NCBI GenBank assembly: GCA_033763655.1
Contig: JANRKD010000001.1
Coordinates: forward strand, 23-64,022
Direction: 5' to 3'
DNA: 64,000 nt
Origin: Alphaproteobacteria bacterium
GTDB taxonomy: Bacteria > Pseudomonadota > Alphaproteobacteria > Rickettsiales > UBA3002
The number at the start of each line of letters is the position of its first letter. Position 1 is the stretch's first letter. The notes beneath the pieces were generated by a model. It was not told where the DNA came from. It did not search any database and was given only the letters and a program-made list of their open reading frames with translations. Positions 37,006 to 46,871 of this stretch are shown here, piece after piece. The position numbers were made by a program, and so were the translations under genes.

Positions 37006-37460
37006 AGATGGTCACCTTAGAGAATGGGCTGGTGGATATCGGCCGTAACAGCGCAGGCGCACTGTTATCAGAATCCACGCTGCAAACCGCCGTCCTTATC
37101 AGTCTGCTCACCGAGCGGCGTGCCGAGCCAGACGACCGCTTGCCGACGCCTGCCAGAGCGGATCGGCTCATCCCACCCGACCGCAAGGGCTGGGCAGGCG
37201 ATGGCTTTGATGGCCGTCGCATCGGATCGCGCCTCTGGCTTTTGCAGCGTGAGAAGCAGACCCCGGAAACGCTGCGCCGCGCAATCTCCTATGCGCGTGA
37301 GGCGTTGCAATGGCTGATCGATGACGCGCATGTCAACAGCATTGATGTTCAGGCTGCGTGGAGCAGCATCGGTCGTTTAGATATGAAAATCCGTGCTCAA
37401 CTGCCCGGCGGCGGCACCTTTGAAACCTCCATTTCCTCGGGAATTGTTTATGCCTTATAG
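37002..37460 (+). CDS. Mu gp46-like baseplate protein
   Basis: 152 aa at the gp46 position, with a WAGDGFDGRRIGSRLWLL block. Confidence 0.65.
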   Translation: MKMVTLENGLVDIGRNSAGALLSESTLQTAVLISLLTERRAEPDDRLPTPARADRLIPPDRKGWAGDGFDGRRIGSRLWLLQREKQTPETLRRAISYAREALQWLIDDAHVNSIDVQAAWSSIGRLDMKIRAQLPGGGTFETSISSGIVYAL

Positions 37461-38517
37461 ACGCTCCTTACCTGCTGAAACCCTCGCCCGTCTTGAAGCG
37501 GAAATTCGTCTGCAACTGCCCGGCGCCGATCCGCAACTTCGTTACTCGGCCGAGCGCGTTCTAGCGCGCGTGATTGCCATGGCCTCCTACGAAATGGAAG
37601 GCTATATCGAATATGTCTCAAGGCAAATTCTGCCGACAACCTGCGATCCTGATTTTCTGCCAGTGCATGCCTACCTCTGGAACGTGCCACAACGAGCCGC
37701 AAGCTTTGCCGTCGGTCAGGCTGCATTCACCGGAACGAATGGCGTTACCGTGCCTGCCGGCACGTCCCTGCGCCGTCAGGATGGGCAGGAATATACGCTC
37801 GACGCGGATGCAATAACTGCCGGGGGCGCCGCGATTGGTTCCATCACCGCCGTCACTGCAGGCGCTGCTGGAAATGCCCCATCTGCAACGCAGTTGACGC
37901 TCACTTCTCCCGTCGCTGGCATTCAGTCGGCCGCGACCGTTGTCACGCCGGGCGCGAGCGGTGGCGTGGACATCGAAGACGTTGAAGTCTGGCGTGAACG
38001 CATCGTCGCACGCATCCAGCGGCCACCCCATGGTGGTAACCATGCGGACTATGAAGCCTGGGCGAAGGAGGTCGCCGGCGTCACGCGCGTCTGGGTTTAC
38101 CCTAACCGGCTTGGCCGGGGTTCAGTCTATCTGCTTTTTGTAATGGATGAAAAAGAAGAGACAATTATTCCGTCACCCGTTGAGGTTGAAACCGTCAATA
38201 ATTACATCAATTTACCAAGCATTCGGCCAGTGACCGCAGATGTGACGGTGGCCGCGCCAACGCCGGTGGCCGTGGATTTCACCATCAACATCTCGCCGAA
38301 CAGCGTCGTGGTACAGAATGCCATTGCCATCGAACTGGCAGATCTGATCCGCCGCGAATCGACGCCAGGAGGAACATTGCTGCTGTCACATATTCATGAG
38401 GCAATCTCTGTCGCGGCAGGCGAGGTCGATCATGTGCTGGTGATGCCATCAGCCAATATCTCACGCGCTTTCGGCGAGATCTCCGTCGTCGGCAATATCA
38501 CCTTTGGCAGCATCTGA
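37450..38517 (+). CDS. Baseplate J-like protein (Mu gp47)
   Basis: About 355 aa. Start set at MPYRRSLPAE. Baseplate J-like position and size. Confidence 0.75.
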   Translation: MPYRRSLPAETLARLEAEIRLQLPGADPQLRYSAERVLARVIAMASYEMEGYIEYVSRQILPTTCDPDFLPVHAYLWNVPQRAASFAVGQAAFTGTNGVTVPAGTSLRRQDGQEYTLDADAITAGGAAIGSITAVTAGAAGNAPSATQLTLTSPVAGIQSAATVVTPGASGGVDIEDVEVWRERIVARIQRPPHGGNHADYEAWAKEVAGVTRVWVYPNRLGRGSVYLLFVMDEKEETIIPSPVEVETVNNYINLPSIRPVTADVTVAAPTPVAVDFTINISPNSVVVQNAIAIELADLIRRESTPGGTLLLSHIHEAISVAAGEVDHVLVMPSANISRAFGEISVVGNITFGSI

Positions 38518-39113
38518 TGAACCGTGAAGCTTACATGCAACAGTTGATCGGTCTCCTGCCCACCGGGCAGGTATGGAATACCGAGATCGCATCGAACACG
38601 ATGAAGCTGGTCAGCGTCATCGCGTCCGAGTTGGAATATATCGACAGCCGCGCGCAAAGCCTGCTGCGTGAAGCGTTGCCCAGCACGACCATCGATCTGC
38701 TGGAAGACTGGGAGAAAGTGGCGGGTCTGCCCGACAGCTGCTCACTTCTGGCGGATACCCACTCAGAACGCGTCGAAGCGCTGGTGTCGAAAATTACGCG
38801 CATCGGCGGTCAATCACGGCAATTCTTCATCGATCTGGCTGAGAGTCTTGGCTACCACATCGAGATCACCGAACTGACACCCTTCATGTGCGGCATCAGC
38901 CCTGTCGGCACCGACCATCTGACGGAAGATCATGATGTTCGCTTCGTCTGGTATGTCACGGTTCTCGATGCGAAACTCGTTTACCTCCGGTGTGGCCAGT
39001 CCACCATCGATCGCCGTCTGCTCGATTTCCGTCAGGCCGACGATCTGGCCTGCATCTTCCTGAAGCTCAAGCCCGCCCACACAGAATTAATCATTGGTTA
39101 CGAAGGAGTTTAA
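38517..39113 (+). CDS. Mu gp48-like (DUF2313) tail protein
   Basis: LLPTGQVWN...DWEKVAGLPD block. Confidence 0.7.
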   Translation: MNREAYMQQLIGLLPTGQVWNTEIASNTMKLVSVIASELEYIDSRAQSLLREALPSTTIDLLEDWEKVAGLPDSCSLLADTHSERVEALVSKITRIGGQSRQFFIDLAESLGYHIEITELTPFMCGISPVGTDHLTEDHDVRFVWYVTVLDAKLVYLRCGQSTIDRRLLDFRQADDLACIFLKLKPAHTELIIGYEGV

Positions 39114-39117
39114 TGCC

Positions 39118-39927
39118 ATGAAATACGTTGCCCCCTACGGTTCACTCGACCCGAACGCCTCTTACACCAACGGCAATGCCGGCGCTGGTATCCCGGGTTC
39201 CATTCCCGATGCGCGCGCTATCGAACATCCGCAGCGTGAAATCGTGGACGTCATCGCTTCTGCAGGACTGACACCCATGGAAGGGTCGCTGACCCAGCTG
39301 CGTCAGGCGATCTCCGCCATGATCGCGGATGGCGCGGTTACGCTAGACATTGACGGCACCATGGCTGCCAACAGCGATCTGGTCGCGCCATCCCAGAAAG
39401 CGGCCCGTACCTATATTGCCGCGCAGATTGCCGCATTAGTGGCTGCTGCCCCCGCCGCTCTGGATACTCTGAGCGAACTCTCCGCCGCGCTCGGGAATGA
39501 CGCATCTTTCGCTGCGACCGTTACTGCGCTCATCGCCACAAAAGCAGCCAATGGTGCGAATGCGGATATCACCTCTCTGGAGACGGTTAACACGGTAACA
39601 CAGCCGATAAATGACAGTTCAACAAAAATTGCGACGACCGCGTTTGCAAACCCCGCCAACTCATTGGGGGCGAGTGGTTACATTAAGTTGGCAAGCGGCC
39701 TTATCATGCAATGGATGCCCTTCGGCGCGATGGGCGTTGGATCGACGGTCAACGTTACTTTTCCGATTGCCTTTCCAACCGCTGTTTACAGTCTCAGTGG
39801 CACCCCAATTGGGGTAACACAAGGAACGCTTGAGGTCGTCTCTAACTCGCTTTCCGGTGCTCTGTTGGGGGAAGGCTCCAATCAACGCGCGATTTCTGGC
39901 GGCACCCTCATCGCAATTGGCAAATAA
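39118..39927 (+). CDS. Tail fibre protein
   Basis: 269 aa after the baseplate genes, with an Ala-rich coiled region. Start at MKYVAPYG. Confidence 0.7.
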   Translation: MKYVAPYGSLDPNASYTNGNAGAGIPGSIPDARAIEHPQREIVDVIASAGLTPMEGSLTQLRQAISAMIADGAVTLDIDGTMAANSDLVAPSQKAARTYIAAQIAALVAAAPAALDTLSELSAALGNDASFAATVTALIATKAANGANADITSLETVNTVTQPINDSSTKIATTAFANPANSLGASGYIKLASGLIMQWMPFGAMGVGSTVNVTFPIAFPTAVYSLSGTPIGVTQGTLEVVSNSLSGALLGEGSNQRAISGGTLIAIGK

Positions 39928-39937
39928 GGAGAACATC

Positions 39938-40270
39938 ATGTCAATCTTTTATGCAAAATCAACAAACGGTTTTTACGATTCTGAGATTCACGGCAATGAC
40001 ATACCTGTCGATGCAGTTGCAATTACTGCCGAAGAATATGCCGCAGTCTTTGAAGCGCAGGCAGTGGGAAAAATGATTGCGGCGGATGCCAATGGCAATC
40101 CTGTTGCCATTGTGCCGCCACCACCACCGCCGCCAACGATACTGGAACAAATTGTGGCCATCGAAAGAACAATCACCGATCGCCGACGGGATGAGGCCAT
40201 TCTTGGCGAGGATGGTGGCTGGCTCGCCGCCAGACGTAACGAGATAGCCCTGCTGCGCAGTCAACTTTAA
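39938..40270 (+). CDS. Tail fibre assembly chaperone
   Basis: MSIFYAKSTNGFYDSEIHG...AITAEEY is the typical Tfa N-terminus. Contains a PPPPPPP linker. Confidence 0.7.
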   Translation: MSIFYAKSTNGFYDSEIHGNDIPVDAVAITAEEYAAVFEAQAVGKMIAADANGNPVAIVPPPPPPPTILEQIVAIERTITDRRRDEAILGEDGGWLAARRNEIALLRSQL

Positions 40271-40307
40271 GACACGCAGCGCCAGTAGTTGCCTGCCGAG
40301 CAACTTG

Positions 40308-40335
40308 GCCCCGGCTCCGGCCGGGGCTCTTTCTG
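40308..40335 (+). terminator. Rho-independent terminator of the late operon
   Basis: GCCCCGG ctccgg CCGGGGC followed by TCTTTCT. A second GC hairpin lies at 40349-40366. Confidence 0.65.
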
Positions 40336-40480
40336 CCCGGCAATCTACCCCCGCCTCAGGGCGGGGTTCAGGGTGCAGAAACACCCCGAACCGCGAGCTG
40401 ACACTCGCATGATCTGAACCGGCCGATTCAGGCCATCCCACCACCCTGACAGGGTGTGGCGAATTATGAGGACATGCGTT

Positions 40481-41206
40481 ATGAAGGCAAGAAAAGAAAT
40501 CATCGGGGATTGCACTTTATATCTGGGCGACTGTATCGAGCGGCTGCCGAAGATTGAGCGCGTCGATTGCGTCATCACCGATCCGCCTTATGGCGACGGC
40601 GCAGAAGCGGCCTATGGCCAGTTCGACAAGACTATCGCTGGCAACGAAGATCCGCTGCTCAACTGCACCATGCTGCGCCTAGCCTATCATTGCCTCCGCA
40701 AGAACGGGACGATCTACAATTTTACGACCTGGAAGCACGAGGATTTCCTGCGGGTTTATGTCGGCCGCTATACCCGACTGGACGTCCGCCACAGCGTCGT
40801 CTGGGACAAAGGCATGAAAATGGGTGCGGATTTCCGCACTGCGCATGAGCGCATCCTGGTGCTGGAAAAGGGCAAACCGGGCTACCGGCGGAAGGATTAT
40901 GCCGACGTGCAGCGTTACGCTATGCCGCAGCACACGGTCAACACCCATCCACATGAAAAGCCGCTATCGCTCCTGCGCGGGATGCTGGCCCATTCGACCA
41001 ATCCCGGCGACACCGTTCTCGACCCCTTCATGGGTTCGGGCAGCACGGGCGTCGCCTGTGCCCTGATGGGCCGGAAATTCATCGGCATCGAGCTGGATAA
41101 TGGCTACTTCGATATGGCCTGCCGCCGCATTGAAAATGCCTATCGCCAGGGCGACCTTTTCGGGGGTGTTGAAGAACCGTTAAAGCAGGCAGGAATGGAG
41201 GTTTAA
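40481..41206 (+). CDS. DNA methyltransferase (N6-adenine/N4-cytosine, beta-class order)
   Basis: The DPPYG motif (VITDPPYGDG) precedes the AdoMet motif DPFMGSGSTG. GAGGA SD before the ATG at 40481. Confidence 0.8.
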   Translation: MKARKEIIGDCTLYLGDCIERLPKIERVDCVITDPPYGDGAEAAYGQFDKTIAGNEDPLLNCTMLRLAYHCLRKNGTIYNFTTWKHEDFLRVYVGRYTRLDVRHSVVWDKGMKMGADFRTAHERILVLEKGKPGYRRKDYADVQRYAMPQHTVNTHPHEKPLSLLRGMLAHSTNPGDTVLDPFMGSGSTGVACALMGRKFIGIELDNGYFDMACRRIENAYRQGDLFGGVEEPLKQAGMEV

Positions 41207-41207
41207 G

Positions 41208-41363
41208 ATGTTCCCTCGCGCCCACTTTGTTTTGCTCCTGGCTGCCGTTCTTATCCTACTGGCACTTGCGCGCCCGGCCATGCATGAACCCGGTTTATTT
41301 TTCCCCGAAACAGCCGTGAAAGGGCAGACCACAATCAGACAGTTAGGAGGGCTGGAACAGTGA
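41208..41363 (+). CDS. Tiny membrane/secreted ORF (51 aa)
   Basis: MFPRAHFVLLLAAVLILLALARPA... read by hand. Starts 1 nt after the methylase stop. Confidence 0.35.
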   Translation: MFPRAHFVLLLAAVLILLALARPAMHEPGLFFPETAVKGQTTIRQLGGLEQ

Positions 41364-41396
41364 GAAATACTTTGGGCAATCATTACAGAGGGTAAC

Positions 41397-41558
41397 ATGA
41401 AAAAGCTTTACGAAACACTCAAACCTAGCATCTTTTTGACCTGCGCTTTTTTAGCGATCTACATTGCCGCTTTTGCAGCGGGCAAAGGCTGGAGGGGCGG
41501 GTATGGGCAGCACCGACAAATTCTTCACATCGTGATGCACAGCGGCGAGACTAAATAG
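41397..41558 (+). CDS. Tiny single-TM ORF (53 aa)
   Basis: MKKLYETLKPSIFLTCAFLAIYIAAFAAGKGW..., preceded by GAGGG. Confidence 0.35.
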   Translation: MKKLYETLKPSIFLTCAFLAIYIAAFAAGKGWRGGYGQHRQILHIVMHSGETK

Positions 41559-41575
41559 GTGTTGTAAAAATCGCA

Positions 41576-41651
41576 CTGCAGTAGTTTGATGCAGAAATCG
41601 CTTACTAGCAAACTATCTGTCGTGATAAATCAAACCATCTGCCGCGCTACA
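41576..41651 (+). promoter_or_regulatory. Right end (attR) with three putative transposase-binding repeats
   Basis: Sites at 41629-41651 and 41605-41623 are inverted relative to the left-end repeats. The site at 41576-41590 is in direct orientation. The terminus reads ...GCGCTACA. Confidence 0.6.
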
Positions 41652-41656
41652 GGCGC
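41652..41656. repeat. Target-site duplication, right copy (GGCGC)
   Basis: Identical to 8463-8467 and immediately outside the CA terminus. Confidence 0.75.
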
Positions 41657-41669
41657 ACGAGAAGCGGGC

Positions 41670-41697
41670 TTGCATCTTCGCGAAATACTGCTAAAAA
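41670..41697 (+). promoter_or_regulatory. Possible tRNA-Gly promoter (TTGCAT-16 nt-TAAAAA)
   Basis: Hexamers end 10 nt before the tRNA 5-prime end. Weak match. Confidence 0.3.
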
Positions 41698-41707
41698 CCG
41701 CCCCGAT

Positions 41708-41781
41708 GCGGGCGTAGTTCAATGGTAGAACGGCAGCTTCCCAAGCTTCATACGAGGGTTCGATTCCCTTCGCCCGCTCCA
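41708..41781 (+). tRNA. tRNA-Gly (anticodon CCC)
   Basis: Hand-folded cloverleaf. Acceptor GCGGGCG/CGCCCGC, D arm GTTC..GAAC, anticodon loop TTCCCAA, T arm GAGGG TTCGATT CCCTT, encoded CCA. One C-U mismatch in the anticodon stem. Confidence 0.9.
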
Positions 41782-41817
41782 ATCCCTTCGCCCGTTTCAT
41801 TTACTCGCGATACCCGT

Positions 41818-42264
41818 ATGACTGCAAACCCTGCCATTTCCCTACCTACCGCCCTCCTGCGTGGCCTGCGTGGGCGCTGCCCGCATTGCGGCACCGGGCG
41901 GATGTTTGCCCGCTTCCTGAAGGTGGCGGAGCGTTGCCCCACCTGTGGCGAGGAATTGCACCACCACCGCGCGGACGACCTGCCCGCCTACCTCGTCATC
42001 CTGCTGCTTGGCCACATTCTCATTCCGGGCATTGTGTTTCTCGAAGTGAATTACAGCCCTTCCTACTGGGTGCATGCCGCCATCTGGCTGCCGCTGGTGC
42101 CGCTGCTTGCGCTCGGGCTGCTGTCGCCATGTAAGGGTCTGGTGGTCGCGGTCGAATGGTTTTTCGGGATGCGCGGTTTTTTCCCCGCACGGCAACAGCG
42201 ACTGGCGGCCGTCGCCGCCTATACCGCCCAGCACGACGACCTCCCCCCTTCCACCTCATCCTAG
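41818..42264 (+). CDS. DUF983 family membrane protein
   Basis: CPHCGTGRMF...CPTCGEEL zinc ribbon followed by TM helices. ORF 41722 trimmed because its 5-prime part overlaps the tRNA. Confidence 0.7.
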   Translation: MTANPAISLPTALLRGLRGRCPHCGTGRMFARFLKVAERCPTCGEELHHHRADDLPAYLVILLLGHILIPGIVFLEVNYSPSYWVHAAIWLPLVPLLALGLLSPCKGLVVAVEWFFGMRGFFPARQQRLAAVAAYTAQHDDLPPSTSS

Positions 42265-42276
42265 AAGGAGCCGCCT

Positions 42277-42693
42277 ATGTTCCACGAGTTTAAAGCATTC
42301 ATCGCCAAGGGTAACGTCCTCGATATGGCCGTCGGCATCATTATCGGCGCCGCGTTTACGGCTATTGTCGGCTCGCTGGTAGCCGACATTATCAACCCCA
42401 TCATCGGCATGATTATCGGCGGCATCGATTTCTCGAACTATTACCTCGATTTGTCGATGGGTGGCTACGAAACGCTCGAAGCGGCAAAGAAAGCAGGCGC
42501 ACCACTGATTATGTACGGGCTGTTCATCAATGCCATCATCAAGTTCCTGATTGTTGCGTTTGTGGTCTTCGTGCTGGTGAAAAACGTCAACAAACTGAAA
42601 GACCGGATCGTCGCCAAAGAAGCCCAGACCCCAACCGCACCTGCGGAAGACATCCTCCTGCTACGCGAAATCCGCGACGCGCTGAAGAAATAG
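42277..42693 (+). CDS. mscL: Large-conductance mechanosensitive channel
   Basis: FKAFIAKGNVLDMAVGIIIGAAFTAIVGSLVADIINP is the canonical MscL N-terminus. 138 aa. Confidence 0.9.
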   Translation: MFHEFKAFIAKGNVLDMAVGIIIGAAFTAIVGSLVADIINPIIGMIIGGIDFSNYYLDLSMGGYETLEAAKKAGAPLIMYGLFINAIIKFLIVAFVVFVLVKNVNKLKDRIVAKEAQTPTAPAEDILLLREIRDALKK

Positions 42694-42703
42694 CTGCCCG
42701 CGA

Positions 42704-43000
42704 CTAATCCCTGTAGCGCCCTTCATGGTGGTCGTTGCGCGCCGTGCTATAGGGGCGCATGTGGCGGTGGTGACGATGGTGGTGCCTGCGCCCATACTCG
42801 GCTCCGACGCCATAGCCGTAGCCATACACCACCGGCGGCGCGTAATAAGCATACTGCACGGGCGGGTAATACACCACCGGCGGCGGCGCATAATACACAG
42901 GCGCGGGGGCATAAAACCCAAAGCTGACATGCGTGCCTGCCTGCGCGGGCGTGGCCGCCAATGCCGCCAGCGAGACGACAGCGAGTGTGAGTGTTTTCAT
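42704..43000 (-). CDS. Small secreted Tyr/Pro-rich protein with His-rich tail
   Basis: Signal peptide MKTLTLAVVSLAALAATPAQA, then YAPAPVYYAPPPVVYYPP... and RRHHHRHHRH. Confidence 0.55.
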   Translation of the reverse strand: MKTLTLAVVSLAALAATPAQAGTHVSFGFYAPAPVYYAPPPVVYYPPVQYAYYAPPVVYGYGYGVGAEYGRRHHHRHHRHMRPYSTARNDHHEGRYRD

Positions 43001-43178
43001 AACTTCCTCCTACGTGGGTGGTACAGCGCTGCGTATCCGTGCCTTCAGTAGTGACGCCGTATCTGGATGACTCCAGCACCCCCCTCGTAGCAGCACAGTG
43101 TGATGTCAACCTGAGGGTAAGCTGAGGTGAAACTGAGGAAGGGAGAGTCGAGTGAATAGCGCCTTGTAGCTAGTGTTG

Positions 43179-43239
43179 GCCACCGTCCTCTATTCACTTC
43201 ACTTCCTTCGCTGGCTACTTAGCGACTGCCAACAGCTAA
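43179..43239. repeat. Partial copy of the stop-codon-proximal repeat (copy 3)
   Basis: GCCACCGTCCTCTATTCACTTCACTTCC..TGGCTAC matches 432-484 and 50233-50276. Ends 3 nt from the thiC stop. Confidence 0.7.
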
Positions 43240-43242
43240 CAC

Positions 43243-45675
<2,433 letters not shown>

Positions 45676-45688
45676 TTAGAGGTCAGCG

Positions 45689-46807
45689 ATGACGCGTACA
45701 CTTAGCACCCGCGCGAAGGACTCGCAAATAAAACCGACAGATTTAGTCAGGTTTCATCAGGCGCTCGCGCAATGGTATAAAATCCATGGCCGCCACGACC
45801 TGCCATGGCGCAACACGATCGACCCCTACCACATCTGGCTTTCCGAGGTGATGCTGCAACAGACGCAGGTGCAAACGGTGCTGACACGCTTCTACGCGCC
45901 CTTTCTGAAAATATTCCCGACCGTCGAAGCGCTCGCCGCCGCCCCACGGGATGCGGTGCTCAAAGCGTGGGAGGGGTTAGGATATTATCGCCGTGCGGCG
46001 CATCTGCATGAAGCGGCGAAGAGGTTGGCTATTGAAGGAGGGCTTGCCCCCTACCCTTTGCTGACCCCTGCCGCAAGCGGCTCGCCTTCGGCTGCGCACG
46101 ACCTCATCGACCGGCTTCTTGCCCTCCCCGGCATTGGGCGCAACACCGCCCATGCGATTCTCGCCTTTGCCTATCACCAACCTGTTGCGATTCTGGAGGC
46201 CAATGTGAAGCGTGTCGTCGCGCGCATCTTTGCCCTCAGTCAGCCGGGCGATGCCATGCTCTGGGCAGGAGCAGAGGCCCTGCTCAACCGCGCCACACCG
46301 TTCGATTACAATCAGGCGATGATGGATCTGGGGTCGCTCATCTGCACGCCGAAAAACCCGAAATGCAGTGCCTGCCCCGCCCGCGCGCTGTGCGCGGGAA
46401 AAACCAATCCCACTGCCTACCCCGCACCCCGGGCGAAAAAGAAAGTCCCCACGCGGGAAGTCACCATCCATGTACGCGAAAACGCTGCCGGGCAGATTTT
46501 TCTCGAACGCCGCGACCAAGCCTTGCTGGGGGGGCTGTACGGCTTTCCGCAAGTCAGCGGCGTCGCTCAGACGACCCAAGGCGCCATCGGCACCGTCACC
46601 CATCTCTATTCGCACTTCAAGCTCATCGGTCACGTCATCTATGCGCGGACACGCGGCAAAACGAACGCCGCCGACTGGTATGGCCGCACGCAAATCGCGG
46701 CCTTACCCCTCTCGACGCTCGACCATAAAGTACTCGCACTGCTTGATAACTGCCACACTCGCGCGCCGAAAAAATTAAAAGCACCTGCGCAGCCTCGTAA
46801 ACATTGA
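45689..46807 (+). CDS. mutY: A/G-specific adenine DNA glycosylase
   Basis: LPWRNTIDPYHIWLSEVMLQQTQV, HhH GIGRNTA, a 4-Cys cluster (CTPKNPKCSACPARALC) and a NUDIX-like C-terminus. Confidence 0.9.
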   Translation: MTRTLSTRAKDSQIKPTDLVRFHQALAQWYKIHGRHDLPWRNTIDPYHIWLSEVMLQQTQVQTVLTRFYAPFLKIFPTVEALAAAPRDAVLKAWEGLGYYRRAAHLHEAAKRLAIEGGLAPYPLLTPAASGSPSAAHDLIDRLLALPGIGRNTAHAILAFAYHQPVAILEANVKRVVARIFALSQPGDAMLWAGAEALLNRATPFDYNQAMMDLGSLICTPKNPKCSACPARALCAGKTNPTAYPAPRAKKKVPTREVTIHVRENAAGQIFLERRDQALLGGLYGFPQVSGVAQTTQGAIGTVTHLYSHFKLIGHVIYARTRGKTNAADWYGRTQIAALPLSTLDHKVLALLDNCHTRAPKKLKAPAQPRKH

Positions 46808-46871
46808 CGCACAGGCGCAGAATGTCTAGCCTCGCCGGATTGTTGATTCGACATTTTATAGGGAGATTCTT

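Larger units (their letters stand above)
8468..41651 (+). mobile_element. Mu-like transposable prophage, apparently complete (33,184 bp)
   Basis: Mu gene order from repressor/ner/MuA/MuB to tail fibre. 5-prime TG and 3-prime CA termini, imperfect terminal inverted repeats and a flanking 5-bp direct repeat. Confidence 0.85.

Noticed and set aside
39118-40270. An invertible G-segment or diversity-generating retroelement at the tail-fibre genes.
   Set aside because: No invertase or reverse transcriptase gene is present. There is no inverted duplicate of the fibre 3-prime end and no template/variable repeat pair that I could see.
41708-41781. tRNA-Gly as an integrase attachment site for the prophage.
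   Set aside because: There is no integrase gene and no tRNA 3-prime-end duplication at the other junction. The element has a DDE transposase, TG/CA ends and a 5-bp duplication 56 nt upstream of the tRNA.
41722-41817. The 5-prime 32 codons of ORF 41722..42264.
   Set aside because: This part overlaps the tRNA-Gly gene (41708-41781). The conserved DUF983 sequence begins at the ATG at 41818.
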